The notes: a model not told the origin generated them from the sequence alone. A stretch of 64,000 bases of DNA from Myxococcota bacterium (GCA_965247115.1 CBDFGR010000003.1:1504001-1568000); one strand, 5' to 3'. Shown: positions 38,047 to 48,846, counted from the first letter of the stretch. Numbers and translations are program-made.

Positions 38047-38742
38047 TCAGGCGATCTTCTCGATGAAGCTTTCGATTGACTGGAGAACTAGCTCGCGGAC
38101 CTGTTCGGGGCTGCGCTCGGCGCGCTTGATCGGCTCCAATCCCTGACCACAATCATCGATCACGCGCAGGTCGGTTGGGGCGCCGATGCGTCGGAGCAGG
38201 GTCTCGAGTCGATCCACCCGGCAGTGCGCATCCCGTGAGCCCTGCACGAAGAGCATGGGGCAAATGATGCGGAACAGCGCTGTTGCCCGTTGCTGGTTGG
38301 GCTTGCCTGAGGGATGGAGTGGAAACCCGAGGCACAGGATCCCGTCCGCCTTGAGACCTTGCGAGACCACGCTGGCCGCGACCCGGGCTCCGAGCCCGTA
38401 GCCACCCACCAGCAGGCGCGCCGGTGCGTTCTCGGTGTCGCTAAGCAAGGCCGCGACGGCCGTCTTGTAGGTTCGCTCGAGAATAGGCAGCGGATCCGGC
38501 CGCTTCTTGCCGGCCTCGATGTAAGGGAAGTTGAAGGTCAGGGTCAGGTTGCCGCGTTCCGTCAGCGCGACCTGCAGCGCAGAGACCTTCTCCTGCTCGA
38601 TACTTCCCACCGTATCATGCGCGAGCACAATGCCGACGCGCTGGCCGCTCGGCCACCACTCGGGTGTGCAGATCGTTCCAGCGACGCGGATCTCCGGGGT
38701 CACGGAGATCGCTATGGACTCGAACTTGACGTTCGTGTTCAT
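38047..38742 (-). CDS. Alpha/beta hydrolase-fold protein (Tex30/KANL3-like), probably catalytically inactive
   Basis: LAH, FNFPY, KKRPD, LGFPLHPSGK and PMLFVQGSRD motifs; the nucleophile elbow reads GGYGLG. Confidence 0.8.
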   Translation of the reverse strand: MNTNVKFESIAISVTPEIRVAGTICTPEWWPSGQRVGIVLAHDTVGSIEQEKVSALQVALTERGNLTLTFNFPYIEAGKKRPDPLPILERTYKTAVAALLSDTENAPARLLVGGYGLGARVAASVVSQGLKADGILCLGFPLHPSGKPNQQRATALFRIICPMLFVQGSRDAHCRVDRLETLLRRIGAPTDLRVIDDCGQGLEPIKRAERSPEQVRELVLQSIESFIEKIA

Positions 38743-38794
38743 TGCGAAGCTCTTATAGCATACCCATCAGCTTCCCCCCTTCAGGGAACCGGCG

Positions 38795-39736
38795 GTGTCA
38801 GAGCCAGGCGAGCGAGAGAAGGTCCTCATCCTGGGAGTCGCGAGCGGGCAGGGTCGGCTGCTCGCGCGGCGCCTGTCCCGCACGTTTCGAGTAGTCGGCG
38901 TCGATCGGATCGCCTGGCCGGAGCGACCCGCGGAGATGACCTTCTATCCGGTCGGGCTTCGCACCAGAGAGTTCGAGGACGTGGTGCGGACCGAGCGCCC
39001 CGACGCGATCGTGCACCTGGGCTTCATCCGCGACTTCCGAGGGACGGCGGAGGAGCGCTACGACACGAACGTGCGGGGTACTCGGAAGCTGCTCGATCAC
39101 GCGAGGGTGCACGGGGTGAGGAAGCTCGTGGTCCTATCCACGAGCTACGTGTACGGCGCGCTCCCCGACAATCCGAGCTTCATGGACGAGGACCAGCCGC
39201 TCTCGGCCAGCCGTAACTATCCGGAGATTCGTGACCTCGTCGAGCTGGACACGCTCGCCACGGCGTTCATGTGGCAGCATCCAGAGATCCGCACCTCCGT
39301 CCTGCGCCCGGTGCCGACGCTGGGGTACTACGTGTCGAACTCCATGGCCACCTACCTGCGGCAGAGCTGGGTGGTCGTGATGATGGGCTTCAATCCGATG
39401 CTCCAGTTCATGCACGAAGAGGATCTCGCGGAGGCGGTGGCCATCAGCGTGGAGCAGGGCCTCCGGGGCGTATACAACGTGACAGGGCCGGGAGAGGTCC
39501 CCCTGCACGTCGCGATCCGCGAGACAACGGGCAAGCCACTCCCCCTGCCAGAGATCGTCGCCCGCCCAATTCTCGGCCGGCTCTTCCGCCGCGGGCTGCT
39601 CAACATCCCCCCCGGCGTCATCGACTACATCAAGTTCCCGTGCACGATCTCGGGCCAGCGCTTCGCGCGCGAAACAGGCTTCCAACCCCTGTTCAGCCTA
39701 ATAGAGAGCTTCCAGAGCCTGCAAGCGCGGCGATAG
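38795..39736 (+). CDS. NAD-dependent epimerase/dehydratase family protein
   Basis: VLILGVASGQG, DAIVHLG, NVRGT, LSTSYVYGA, LQFMHEED and GVYNVTG motifs. Confidence 0.85.
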   Translation: MSEPGEREKVLILGVASGQGRLLARRLSRTFRVVGVDRIAWPERPAEMTFYPVGLRTREFEDVVRTERPDAIVHLGFIRDFRGTAEERYDTNVRGTRKLLDHARVHGVRKLVVLSTSYVYGALPDNPSFMDEDQPLSASRNYPEIRDLVELDTLATAFMWQHPEIRTSVLRPVPTLGYYVSNSMATYLRQSWVVVMMGFNPMLQFMHEEDLAEAVAISVEQGLRGVYNVTGPGEVPLHVAIRETTGKPLPLPEIVARPILGRLFRRGLLNIPPGVIDYIKFPCTISGQRFARETGFQPLFSLIESFQSLQARR

Positions 39737-39753
39737 CGGCGCGCGCAGCGAAG
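39716..39753 (-). repeat. Partial inverted copy (E) of the GC-rich repeat, overlapping the epimerase stop codon
   Basis: agcctgcaagcgc...gcggcgcgcgcagcgaag is the reverse complement of the 3' part of copies B and D. Confidence 0.6.
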
Positions 39754-39787
39754 ACCTACGCTTTCGCGTCCCATCGGGAGGAAGCCG

Positions 39788-41905
39788 TTGCAGCCGCGTT
39801 CCCACACCTCCGGCGCGCCCCTGCTCGACGCGAAGGGGCTACCACGCTTCGATGAGATCCGCGCCGACCAGGTCGAGTCCTCGATCCGCGCGCTGCTCGG
39901 AGAGCTGGCGTACGACCTCGAGACGGTGGAGCGGCAGCTCGCCCCTACCTGGGAGGGGTTGGTGGAGCCGATCGAGCGCATGGTCGATCCGCTCGCCTAC
40001 AGCTGGGGGATCGTCCGTCATCTGATGGGCGTTGCGAACAGTGACGAGCTGCGCCTGGCGCACGACGCGGTGCAGGCAGAGGTGGTCCGCTTCGAGGTTC
40101 GCCTCGGCCAGAGCGCGGCTCTCTATGCTGGGCTCCAGGCCCTGCGTGACGGCGCCGGCTGGTCCGTGCTCGATCTCGCCCAGCGACGCATCGTGGAGCT
40201 CCTCCTGCTGGAAGCCCGACTTGCCGGCGTTGGTCTTGAGGGCGCGGAGCGCCAGCGCTTCAACGAGATCCAAACCGAGCTCGCAGGGCTCGGCACGCGT
40301 TTCTCGAACCAGCTGCTCGACGCCTCCAAGGCCTGGTCTCTCACGCTGACCGAACCTGGAGAGATCTCCGGTCTGCCGCGGAGTCTCGTGGAGCTGGCCG
40401 CCCAGTCCGCGCGCGAGGCTGGCACGAAGAGTGCGACTCCGGAGTTGGGCCCGTGGCGGATCACGCTCGACGAGCCGAGCTTCTTTCCCTTCATGCAGCA
40501 CGCGCGGCGGCGCGATCTGCGCGAGCACGTCTACCGCGCCTACCTCGGACGGGCTGCGGCAGGAGACTCCGACAACTCGCCACTCGTCTCGCGCATCTTG
40601 AGCCTGCGGCACGAGGAGGCCTTGCTGCTCGGATACTCGAGCTTCGCCGAGCTCAGCCTCGCGACCAAGATGGCGCCTGACGTTCCCACTGTGGAGCGAC
40701 TGCTCGAAGAGCTGTACGCAGTCTCCATCGAGGCGGCGAAAAAGGACCTTGCGGAGTTACAGGCCTTCGCGCGCGCTCACCCGGAGCTGGAAGACGCGGG
40801 CAGCGAGACCTCTCCTGCACTCGCGCACTGGGACGTGCCGTTCTGGGCCGAGCGACTGCGCGAGTCGCGTTTTGACTACACAGACGAGGAGCTGCGGCCG
40901 TACTTCCCGCTGCCCCGGGTCCTCGAAGGCCTGTTTGCTGTAGCATCTACACTGTTCGGCGTTGGATTTGTGCCTGCCGATGGCGAGACTCCGGTCTGGC
41001 ACGAAGATGTGCGTTTTTTCCGGGTAACCAACGCAGCTGGCCACCCCATCGCCGGCTTCTTCCTCGATCCGTATAGCCGGCCGGCGGAGAAGCGCGGCGG
41101 CGCCTGGATGGATGAGTGCGTGGGACGCAGCCGGCTCGACCAGGGGTCGGGAGCTGCGCCGCGCCAGCCGGTGGCGTACCTGGTTTGCAATCAGTCCCCA
41201 CCCGTTGACGGCAAGCCCTCGCTGATGAGCTTCAGCGAGGTGGAGACGCTGTTCCACGAGTTCGGACATGGCCTGCAGCACATGCTCACCGAAGTCGACT
41301 ACGGACTTGCCGCGGGCATCCGCGAAGTGGAGTGGGACGCCGTCGAGCTGCCGAGCCAGTTCATGGAGAACTGGTGCTACGACAGGAAGACGCTGCTCGA
41401 GATGAGTCAGCACTTCGAGACGGCCGAGCCGCTGCCCCAGGCGCTGTTCGAGAAGATCCGCTCGGCGCGCACCTTCCGTTCCGGCAGCGCCACGCTGCGC
41501 CAGCTCATGTTCGGCTTCATCGACCTCGAGCTGCACCACGTCTTCGATCCCGCCGGTAAAGCGACGCCCTTCGACGTGCAGCGGCGCGTCGCAGAGAGGA
41601 CGAGCGTGCTCCCGCCGCTCCCCGAAGACCGCTTCCTCTGTAGCTTCGCTCACATCTTCGCCGGCGGCTACGCTGCAGGCTACTACTCGTATAAGTGGGC
41701 GGAGGTCCTGAGTGCCGATGCCTTCGCCGCCTTCGAGGAGGCGGGCCTCGACGACCCAGAAGCCGTCGCCGCTACCGGCCGCCGCTTCCGCGAAACGGTC
41801 CTCGCCCTCGGCGGCAGCCGCCCCGCCACGGAAGTCTTCCGCGACTTCCGAGGTCGAGACCCCGACACCGCCGCCCTACTAAGACACTCAGGCCTGTCTC
41901 AGTAA
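39788..41905 (+). CDS. prlC: Oligopeptidase A (M3A metallopeptidase)
   Basis: LPRFDEI, KRGGAWMD, LFHEFGHGLQH, WDAVELPSQFMENW and GYAAGYYSYKWAEVL. Start uncertain. Confidence 0.92.
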   Translation: MQPRSHTSGAPLLDAKGLPRFDEIRADQVESSIRALLGELAYDLETVERQLAPTWEGLVEPIERMVDPLAYSWGIVRHLMGVANSDELRLAHDAVQAEVVRFEVRLGQSAALYAGLQALRDGAGWSVLDLAQRRIVELLLLEARLAGVGLEGAERQRFNEIQTELAGLGTRFSNQLLDASKAWSLTLTEPGEISGLPRSLVELAAQSAREAGTKSATPELGPWRITLDEPSFFPFMQHARRRDLREHVYRAYLGRAAAGDSDNSPLVSRILSLRHEEALLLGYSSFAELSLATKMAPDVPTVERLLEELYAVSIEAAKKDLAELQAFARAHPELEDAGSETSPALAHWDVPFWAERLRESRFDYTDEELRPYFPLPRVLEGLFAVASTLFGVGFVPADGETPVWHEDVRFFRVTNAAGHPIAGFFLDPYSRPAEKRGGAWMDECVGRSRLDQGSGAAPRQPVAYLVCNQSPPVDGKPSLMSFSEVETLFHEFGHGLQHMLTEVDYGLAAGIREVEWDAVELPSQFMENWCYDRKTLLEMSQHFETAEPLPQALFEKIRSARTFRSGSATLRQLMFGFIDLELHHVFDPAGKATPFDVQRRVAERTSVLPPLPEDRFLCSFAHIFAGGYAAGYYSYKWAEVLSADAFAAFEEAGLDDPEAVAATGRRFRETVLALGGSRPATEVFRDFRGRDPDTAALLRHSGLSQ

Positions 41906-41908
41906 GCA

Positions 41909-41980
41909 ATAACTTGGGGACGGTCCTTAATTATAACTTTCGAGGCCAGAAGTTATGGATAAGGACCGTCCCCAAGTTAT
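41909..41980. repeat. Long AT-rich inverted repeat (21-bp perfect arms plus an inner 7-bp stem) between convergent genes
   Basis: ataacttggggacggtcctta (41909-41929) pairs with taaggaccgtccccaagttat (41960-41980); inner arms ataactt/aagttat. Confidence 0.9.
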
Positions 41981-42018
41981 ATCCCCCGAGCAAGTTATAA
42001 CCCCAAGTTGTAGAGGGG

Positions 42019-44025
42019 TTAGGGGAGGGATAGGTCGTCGGGGGTTTGGGCGGGGAGGGAGCAGACGGTGCCGCGGCAGAGGTAGGCGGTGGGGTGGCCG
42101 TCTTGCATGTCGCGGCCCTCTAGCCATTCGGGGGCGAGCCAGCTTGGGGTGTGGCCGGGGGGGAGAAGGACGACGGCGTCTTCCGGGCCGAGGAGGTCGC
42201 GGGCTCTGGCGGCGAGGGTGCGCGTGCGGGGGTCTTCCTGCTCGCCGAGGATGAGTCCCAGGCCCATGCCGAAGTCGATCAGCGCGGCGGCGCGGAGAAG
42301 AGTAGGGAGGTGAAGGGGATGGCTGGCGGCGAGCGCTGAGTGGGTTCTCAGGATCGCATCCACGACTTCGCGGAGGTCGGCTCGGCCCGTGATGCCAGCT
42401 AGCCTGGCCAGGGCGAGGGTGGAGAGGCCGAGCGCGCTCGGCGTGGCGCCGTCGGGGTCGCTCTTTGGGCGTGTCACGAGCGTGGTGTCATCTCCGGCGA
42501 CGAAGAAGAGATCGCCTTGTTCCGCAGCGTAGAAGCGATCGATCAGGTCCTGCGCCAAAGGGAGACACGCCTCGAGATAGCGGTTCGCGCCGCCCGCTCG
42601 GTGCAGGTCGAGCAAGCCGCAAATCAGGGCCGCGTGGTCGTCGAGAAAGGCCGGGACCGCAGCTCCCGACGACCGGTGAAGGCGCCGAAGCTCGTGCCCT
42701 CCATCGCTCAGCTCGCGGAGAGCGAAGTCGGCGGCGCGGGACGCGGCCCCTACCCAGTCCTCTCGCCCGTGAGCGGCGCCCGCAGACGCGAGACCACCGA
42801 TGGTGTAGCCAATCCAGGCGCAGATCTGCTTGCGATCGGTTTCCGGAGCGACACGTTTCTGGCGAGCGGCGAGCAGCTGCTGGCGCTGCGGCTGCATCCG
42901 GTCGCGCTCACCGGCGAGCACGTGGGAGAGCACGCTCTTGCCGCTGCTCTCGAAGTTCCCGGCGGTTGACACGTCGTAGGCTTGACAGAACTCCGCGCCG
43001 GCGTCTCCGAGGACGGCCTGGATCTCCTGCGGAGCCCACACGAAGAAACGTCCCTCCTCCCCCTCGCTGTCGGCGTCCTGACTGGCGAAGAACCCGCCCG
43101 CCGGGTCACGCATCTCGCGCTCCAGCCAGTCCACCGTCTCCTCCACGGGCCAGAGCAGCTCGGGGTCGCGAGTCTGCCTGTAGGCCTCCGCGTAGACTCG
43201 AAGAAGCTGCCCGTTGTCGTAGAGCATCTTCTCGAAGTGCGGCACCAGCCACCGGGCGTCGGTGCTGTAGCGGTGGAAGCCCCCGCCCAGCTGGTCGTAG
43301 ATGCCGCCGCGGGCCATCCGTTTGAGCGAGAGCAGCAGGTGCTCGAGCGCGCCCGCACGTGCTACGTGCAGGCTCGAGGCGGCGAGTATCGCCTCGAGGT
43401 TGGTCGGCGTGGGGAACTTGGGGGCGCCGCCGAAGCCGCCGTGCTGACGATCCGCGCGCTCCATCAGCTCGGAGCAGAGCTGCCCCAGCGTCGCCACGCC
43501 GATGGCAGCCTCTCCCTCGACGTCTGGCGTGGCCCCGAGCGCCTGCATCACTCGCTGCGCCTGCTCCTCCACCTGCTGGGGCTGCTCCGTCCAGACTCTG
43601 GAAATGGCCAGGACCACCTCGGACCAGCTCGGTCTCCCGTGCATGCTCGTTGGTGGGAAGTAGGTGCCACCGTGGAAGGGCTCGCCCTGGGGCGTGCAGA
43701 AGGCGTTGAGTGGCCAGCCGCCCTGCCCGGTCATTCTCACAACGGCGTCCATGTAGATCTGGTCGACGTCGGGCCGCTCCTCGCGATCCACCTTGATACA
43801 GATCAGGTGCTCGTTCATGAGGCGCGCCGTCTGCTCGTCCTCGAAGGACTCCCGCTCCATCACGTGGCACCAGTGACAGGACGAATAGCCGATCGACACC
43901 AGCACCGGGCGCTTCTCACGCAACGCGCGCTGCCAGGGCTCGTCGCCCCAGGCGTACCAGTCGACCGGATTGTCTTTGTGCTGGCGGAGATAGACGCTGG
44001 TCTCGGACCCCAGGCGATTGGCCAC
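42019..44025 (-). CDS. Thioredoxin-domain protein YyaL/SSP411 (DUF255) family
   Basis: [54 protein letters not shown] and [11 protein letters not shown] motifs. Confidence 0.92.
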   Translation of the reverse strand: MANRLGSETSVYLRQHKDNPVDWYAWGDEPWQRALREKRPVLVSIGYSSCHWCHVMERESFEDEQTARLMNEHLICIKVDREERPDVDQIYMDAVVRMTGQGGWPLNAFCTPQGEPFHGGTYFPPTSMHGRPSWSEVVLAISRVWTEQPQQVEEQAQRVMQALGATPDVEGEAAIGVATLGQLCSELMERADRQHGGFGGAPKFPTPTNLEAILAASSLHVARAGALEHLLLSLKRMARGGIYDQLGGGFHRYSTDARWLVPHFEKMLYDNGQLLRVYAEAYRQTRDPELLWPVEETVDWLEREMRDPAGGFFASQDADSEGEEGRFFVWAPQEIQAVLGDAGAEFCQAYDVSTAGNFESSGKSVLSHVLAGERDRMQPQRQQLLAARQKRVAPETDRKQICAWIGYTIGGLASAGAAHGREDWVGAASRAADFALRELSDGGHELRRLHRSSGAAVPAFLDDHAALICGLLDLHRAGGANRYLEACLPLAQDLIDRFYAAEQGDLFFVAGDDTTLVTRPKSDPDGATPSALGLSTLALARLAGITGRADLREVVDAILRTHSALAASHPLHLPTLLRAAALIDFGMGLGLILGEQEDPRTRTLAARARDLLGPEDAVVLLPPGHTPSWLAPEWLEGRDMQDGHPTAYLCRGTVCSLPAQTPDDLSLP

Positions 44026-45299
44026 TACAGGAACTCGGGTGGTTTCGCTGACTCGATCCAGCTGTCGTAGTCGAGGTAATCGATCTCGCGCTTGCGAGCG
44101 GTCACCCGCTCGAGCAGCGCCTCGCGCGCCTGCGCGCTGAGCGGATTCAGCTTCTTGACGTCTTCCGCAATCTGGAAGTACTCGTCGGAGACGTGGGCCG
44201 CGACCTTCTTCGCATGGCGGCGCGAGTCTACGATGTTCCCCTTGCCCGTTACGACGTTGCCCGCGCTGAAGAGCGTCGGGAACGGCTCGAGCCGACCGAC
44301 GTCCCAGTCCTGGTAGTCGTAAAGCTCGCCGTTCATCGGGATATCGTCGATCGGCGCTGGAGTGCTCCCGATGGAGCTGATGAACTGCGGGGCCCTGACC
44401 TCCACGAGGGGCCCGTCCGTCACCTTCACGCGACCACCCTCGACACGGGTCGGCGCAAAGCGCAGTCCGACCAGCCTGTCGTTCTCCACGACGAGCTCTG
44501 CGGGCGACAGTAGCGTCTCGATCTTGAACAGGTACTTCTCCATGGCCTTTCCGAGCACGCGTGCGCGACTCTTCTCGATCTTCTCACGCATCTTGTCCGG
44601 GGCCTTGTCCGGCATGGTGACCAACGGCATGTCCTCGGGCCGTCGACGGTAGTAGAGCGTGCAGCCGTCTACGCCGAGGTCGTCCCAGGTAAGCCCGTGG
44701 CCGGCCAACGTCTTGGGAATTCCCTTGACCTCGAGCTCGACCAGGTTCGTCTCGATGCTCCGCTCCGCCAGCGCGGCGATCGTGAGCTCGAGGTTGATCA
44801 CTTTGACCACATCGATCGAGGCGAGCCCGCCGCCGACCACCGCCGCGCCATCGACCACTTCGAAGACCTCTCCGTCGTACGCGGCCTCGTGTCTGTGGTT
44901 GAACCACATGATGAAGGGGTTCTGGTACACGAGACCCCGCCCGACGTACTCATCGGCACCCTCGACCGGTAGCGGCCGGTCGCGCCACGCCCCGTTGGCG
45001 AGCACGACCGAGTGGAAGCCCCACGTATCCGTCAGGTCCCGAAGCGAGACGTCACGTCCGAGCTCCGTGCACGGAACGAAGTGGACGTGCTCCTGCGAGA
45101 GCTTCGTATCGATCGTCCTGTACTCCTTCTGACGCAGCGCCACGTGCCACTTCGGCAGTCCATCTTCGACCTTCCCGTAGGGTCGGGCATTCTGCTCGAA
45201 CACCACGGTGAGGATGCCGTGCTTTGCAAAGATATCTGCCGCCTCTGCTCCAGCGGTTGCCCCACCGACGATCGCGATCGCGTACTCTTCATCACTCAT
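44025..45299 (-). CDS. FAD/NAD(P)-dependent oxidoreductase (ferredoxin-NADP reductase-like)
   Basis: [38 protein letters not shown] and YYRR. Start re-called at ATG 45299. Confidence 0.75.
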   Translation of the reverse strand: MSDEEYAIAIVGGATAGAEAADIFAKHGILTVVFEQNARPYGKVEDGLPKWHVALRQKEYRTIDTKLSQEHVHFVPCTELGRDVSLRDLTDTWGFHSVVLANGAWRDRPLPVEGADEYVGRGLVYQNPFIMWFNHRHEAAYDGEVFEVVDGAAVVGGGLASIDVVKVINLELTIAALAERSIETNLVELEVKGIPKTLAGHGLTWDDLGVDGCTLYYRRRPEDMPLVTMPDKAPDKMREKIEKSRARVLGKAMEKYLFKIETLLSPAELVVENDRLVGLRFAPTRVEGGRVKVTDGPLVEVRAPQFISSIGSTPAPIDDIPMNGELYDYQDWDVGRLEPFPTLFSAGNVVTGKGNIVDSRRHAKKVAAHVSDEYFQIAEDVKKLNPLSAQAREALLERVTARKREIDYLDYDSWIESAKPPEFL

Positions 45300-45319
45300 G
45301 CGACCGGATTCTACCAAGT

Positions 45320-45436
45320 CTTGTGGGACCCGGTCGCCTGTCTTGCGGGACCCGGCGCGCGAGCGGTCGCGCGCCACCCGCCTCCGCTCAGGCCTACGGC
45401 CTTCGCTGCGCGCGGCCGCTTCGCGGCGCTTGCAGG
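45320..45436 (+). repeat. GC-rich palindromic intergenic repeat, copy D
   Basis: cttgtgggacccgg...cttgcgggacccggcgcgcgagcggtcgcgcgccacccgcctccgctcaggcc...ttcgctgcgcgcg...gcggcgcttgcagg. Confidence 0.85.
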
Positions 45437-45489
45437 GAGGTTCTGCGGGAGGCTTTGACGGTGCGTTCTGGGGTGAATAGGTTGGGGGT

Positions 45490-45867
45490 GTGGCGACGGC
45501 CGTTCAGCGGGTACTGCGGGCGACGACGTACGAGAGGCCGGCCACCTCCCTCACTGCAGACCTGACTGAGTACGAGCGGCCGGAACGGTTGCGCCGCGCT
45601 GGGGGAGTTTTTTTGCCCCTGGCTGGGGCGGCGCTGCTGAGCGTGGTCGTTCCTGGCTGGCACTTTATCGGGGTGCCGGGGTTTCTGATCCTGGCGGTTG
45701 TTCTGGGGCGTCGACGGCTGGCAGAGGTCACCGCGTTGGGGTCCCTCCAGGGGACGTGTCCGGCTTGTGCCGAGCCTCAGCACTTCGCAGCCCCCTCGAG
45801 ATTCGATTTGCCCGTCACCTTGCGCTGTCCAGGCTGCTCGGCATTCGTAAAACTGGAGGCCCCATAG
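45490..45867 (+). CDS. Small membrane protein with C-terminal Zn-ribbon (CPAC...CPGC)
   Basis: Two TM segments around PGWHF followed by two CxxC motifs. Confidence 0.65.
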   Translation: MATAVQRVLRATTYERPATSLTADLTEYERPERLRRAGGVFLPLAGAALLSVVVPGWHFIGVPGFLILAVVLGRRRLAEVTALGSLQGTCPACAEPQHFAAPSRFDLPVTLRCPGCSAFVKLEAP

Positions 45868-45893
45868 CATCCGGGCCAGAAGGAGCGGGCGAG

Positions 45894-47786
45894 GTGGTGA
45901 GCTGGAGCAGTGCAAAGAGCGCCGAGCTGTACGGAATCGAGCGCTGGGGTGGGGGCTACTTCTCGGTTCAGGCGGGCGGCGACGTGGCCGTGCACCCGGA
46001 CTGCGAGACCAGGACCTCTGTCAACCTGAGGGAGCTCGTCGAAGAGATCCGGAGACGAGGGCTGCATACGCCCTTGCTGATTCGCTTCTCCGACATCCTG
46101 GCGAGTCGCATCCAGGAGCTCGTGCGCTGCTTCGCAGCCGCGAACCGGGAGTACTCCTACTCTGGAAGCTATCGCCCCGTTTATCCCATCAAGACGAACC
46201 AGCAGCGGCAGGTGGTGGAGGAGCTGATACGGGCGGGGCGTCGCTACAACCTGGGTCTCGAGGTCGGAAGCAAGCCGGAGCTGCTGATCGCTCTGGCCCT
46301 GCTCGACACCCCGGACGCGCTGATCGTCTGCAACGGATACAAGGACCGCGCGTACATGGAGACCGCGCTGCTGGCGCAGCGCCTCGGTCGCCTGCCCGTC
46401 ATCGTGCTGGACCGGCCCGACGAGCTGCCCGTGTTGCTCAAGATCTCGCGCGAGCTCGGGATCAAGCCGCACATTGGCGTGCGCTGTCGCCTGGCCACGC
46501 GGGGCGCCGGAAAGTGGGCGGACTCGACCGGGGATCGCTCGAAGTTCGGGCTCTCCGTAGCGGAGATCGTCGACGTCGTGAACCTGCTCCGCTCGGAGAG
46601 CATGCTGGACTGTCTCGAGATGCTGCACTTCCACATCGGCTCGCAGATCACCGAGATCGGAGCTCACAAGGACGCCCTGCGCGAAGCGAGTCGCATCTTC
46701 GTGGGACTGTACGAGCTGGGTTGCGCGCTGCGCTTCGTCGACATCGGGGGCGGGCTCGGGGTCGACTACGTGGGCTCGAAGACCAGCACGCAGTCGTCGA
46801 TGAACTACACCATGCAGGAGTATGCGTACGATGTCGTGGCCGCTCTCCAGGAAGTCTGCGACGAACGTGGCTTGCCTCACCCGGAGCTCGTCTCGGAGTC
46901 CGGCCGGGCGCTGGTCTCGCACGCTTCCGTGCTGATCTTTGACGTGCTCGGCATCGACGGGGCGGTTCCGCGCAACGCTCCTGTTCCTCCTACCGAGTCG
47001 GAGCACAAGGTGATCCACGACTTGTGGGAGGTCTGCTCTTCGATCGAGCCCGAGAACGTGCAGGAGTCGTTTCACGACGCGCTCGAGCTAAAGGAAGAGG
47101 CGACCAGCGCCTTCGGCCTCGGCTACCTGGACCTGGCTGCGCGAGCGCGCGCCGAGGAGCTCTTCTGGAGCTGCTGTGAGCGGATCCTAAAGCGGCTCTC
47201 CAGTCTCGAGCACGTGCCCGAAGAGCTCGCTGGGCTCGAGCGCGAGATGTCCGACACCTACTACGGGAACTTCTCCGTCTTCCAGTCGCTGCCCGACTCC
47301 TGGGCACTCGAGCAGCTCTTTCCGATCATGCCCATCCACAGGTTGCGGGAGGAGCCCACTCGGAAGGCGACGCTGGCAGATCTCACGTGCGATTGCGACG
47401 GGAAGGTCGACCGCTTCCTCGACCTGCGCGGGGAGCTCAGCGTGCTCGAGCTGCACGAGCCAAACGATCGGCCGTACTATCTCGGCGCGTTTCTGGTGGG
47501 CGCTTACCAGGAGACCCTGGGCGAGCTTCATAATCTGTTTGGCGACACGGATGCGGTCCACGTGCGGATCGACGCGAGCGGTCGCTACGCGATCGAACAG
47601 GTCGTGGAAGGAGACTCCATCGAGGAGGTCCTTTCCTACGTACAGTACGATCGGCGAGATCTCTCGGAACGCGTCCGTCGAGCGATCGAGGCTGCTCTCC
47701 AAAAGGGAGACATCACCCTCGAGGAGTCCGCGCTCCTGCGGCGTCGCTACGAGCAGGGCCTGTCGGGCTACACTTACCTGGACTAG
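45894..47786 (+). CDS. speA: Biosynthetic arginine decarboxylase
   Basis: [75 protein letters not shown] and DLTCDCDGK motifs. Confidence 0.95.
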   Translation: MVSWSSAKSAELYGIERWGGGYFSVQAGGDVAVHPDCETRTSVNLRELVEEIRRRGLHTPLLIRFSDILASRIQELVRCFAAANREYSYSGSYRPVYPIKTNQQRQVVEELIRAGRRYNLGLEVGSKPELLIALALLDTPDALIVCNGYKDRAYMETALLAQRLGRLPVIVLDRPDELPVLLKISRELGIKPHIGVRCRLATRGAGKWADSTGDRSKFGLSVAEIVDVVNLLRSESMLDCLEMLHFHIGSQITEIGAHKDALREASRIFVGLYELGCALRFVDIGGGLGVDYVGSKTSTQSSMNYTMQEYAYDVVAALQEVCDERGLPHPELVSESGRALVSHASVLIFDVLGIDGAVPRNAPVPPTESEHKVIHDLWEVCSSIEPENVQESFHDALELKEEATSAFGLGYLDLAARARAEELFWSCCERILKRLSSLEHVPEELAGLEREMSDTYYGNFSVFQSLPDSWALEQLFPIMPIHRLREEPTRKATLADLTCDCDGKVDRFLDLRGELSVLELHEPNDRPYYLGAFLVGAYQETLGELHNLFGDTDAVHVRIDASGRYAIEQVVEGDSIEEVLSYVQYDRRDLSERVRRAIEAALQKGDITLEESALLRRRYEQGLSGYTYLD

Positions 47787-47800
47787 GAGGGCGATGGCAG

Positions 47801-48571
47801 ATGGAGATTCGCGGAGCCGGGGCGGTGGTGACCGGAGGAGCGTCGGGCCTCGGTGCGGCGACGGCGCGAGAGATCGTGGCCGCGGGCGGTAGGGTGGCCC
47901 TGCTCGACTTGCCCCGCTCGCCGGGCAAGGAGGTCGCCGAGGAGCTCGGCGAGTCCGCGATCTTCTGCCCCTGCGACGTTACCAGCGCGGATCAGGTCGA
48001 GGAGGCCGTGGCACGGGCGGTCGAGAGCGTTGGCGAGCTGCGCATCGACGTGAACTGCGCCGGCATTGGCTGGGCGCAGCGAACCGTCACGCGGGAAGGT
48101 CCGGCAGCCATGGATGCTTTCGAGCGGGTCGTGCGCGTCAACCTGATGGGCACGTTCAACGCGATCCGGCTCTCGGCCGACCGGATGGCGAAGAACGAGC
48201 CCAACGCGGGTGGCGAGCGCGGCGTGATCATCAACACGGCCTCGGTGGCAGCGTACGAGGGACAGATCGGCCAGGCCGCCTACTCCGCCTCGAAGGGCGG
48301 CATCGTCGGCATGACACTTCCGATCGCTCGTGACCTCTCGAGCCTGGGGATTCGCGTCGTTACGATCGCGCCGGGCCTGTTCGACACGCCGCTCCTGGCA
48401 GGTCTGCCAGAGCCGGCCCGCCAGGCGCTAGCTGCGAACATTCCTTTTCCCAAGCGCCTCGGGCAGCCTGCGGAATACGCACACCTGGCTCGCAGCGTCA
48501 TCGAGAACCCGATGCTGAACGGGCTGACGATCCGGCTCGACGGCGCGATCCGCATGCCACCAAGGGGATAG
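47801..48571 (+). CDS. SDR, 3-hydroxyacyl-CoA dehydrogenase type II (HSD17B10-like)
   Basis: [43 protein letters not shown] and IRLDGAIRM motifs. Confidence 0.92.
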   Translation: MEIRGAGAVVTGGASGLGAATAREIVAAGGRVALLDLPRSPGKEVAEELGESAIFCPCDVTSADQVEEAVARAVESVGELRIDVNCAGIGWAQRTVTREGPAAMDAFERVVRVNLMGTFNAIRLSADRMAKNEPNAGGERGVIINTASVAAYEGQIGQAAYSASKGGIVGMTLPIARDLSSLGIRVVTIAPGLFDTPLLAGLPEPARQALAANIPFPKRLGQPAEYAHLARSVIENPMLNGLTIRLDGAIRMPPRG

Positions 48572-48576
48572 GAACC

Positions 48577-48846
48577 GTGCCCAGCGTCATCATCCCACCC
48601 CCCTACCGGGGTCCGACCCTTGGTGAGGGCGAGATCCCTGTCAGTGCCAGCACGGTGCGTGAGTGTCTTCAGGCGGTGGAGAGTCGCTACCCCGGCTTCG
48701 GGGAGCTCGTCTTCGCGGCGGACGGCGGCCTGCCCCGCTACGTGAAGCTCTTTCTGAATGGTGAGGTCCTGGATCCGGGCGACCTCGATCACGGCGTCTC
48801 GGAGGGCGATGCCGTGGAGGTGTTGGCGGCAATCGCGGGGGGTTAG
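48577..48846 (+). CDS. MoaD/ThiS family sulfur carrier
   Basis: 89-aa ubiquitin-like protein ending in AIAGG. Confidence 0.87.
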   Translation: MPSVIIPPPYRGPTLGEGEIPVSASTVRECLQAVESRYPGFGELVFAADGGLPRYVKLFLNGEVLDPGDLDHGVSEGDAVEVLAAIAGG

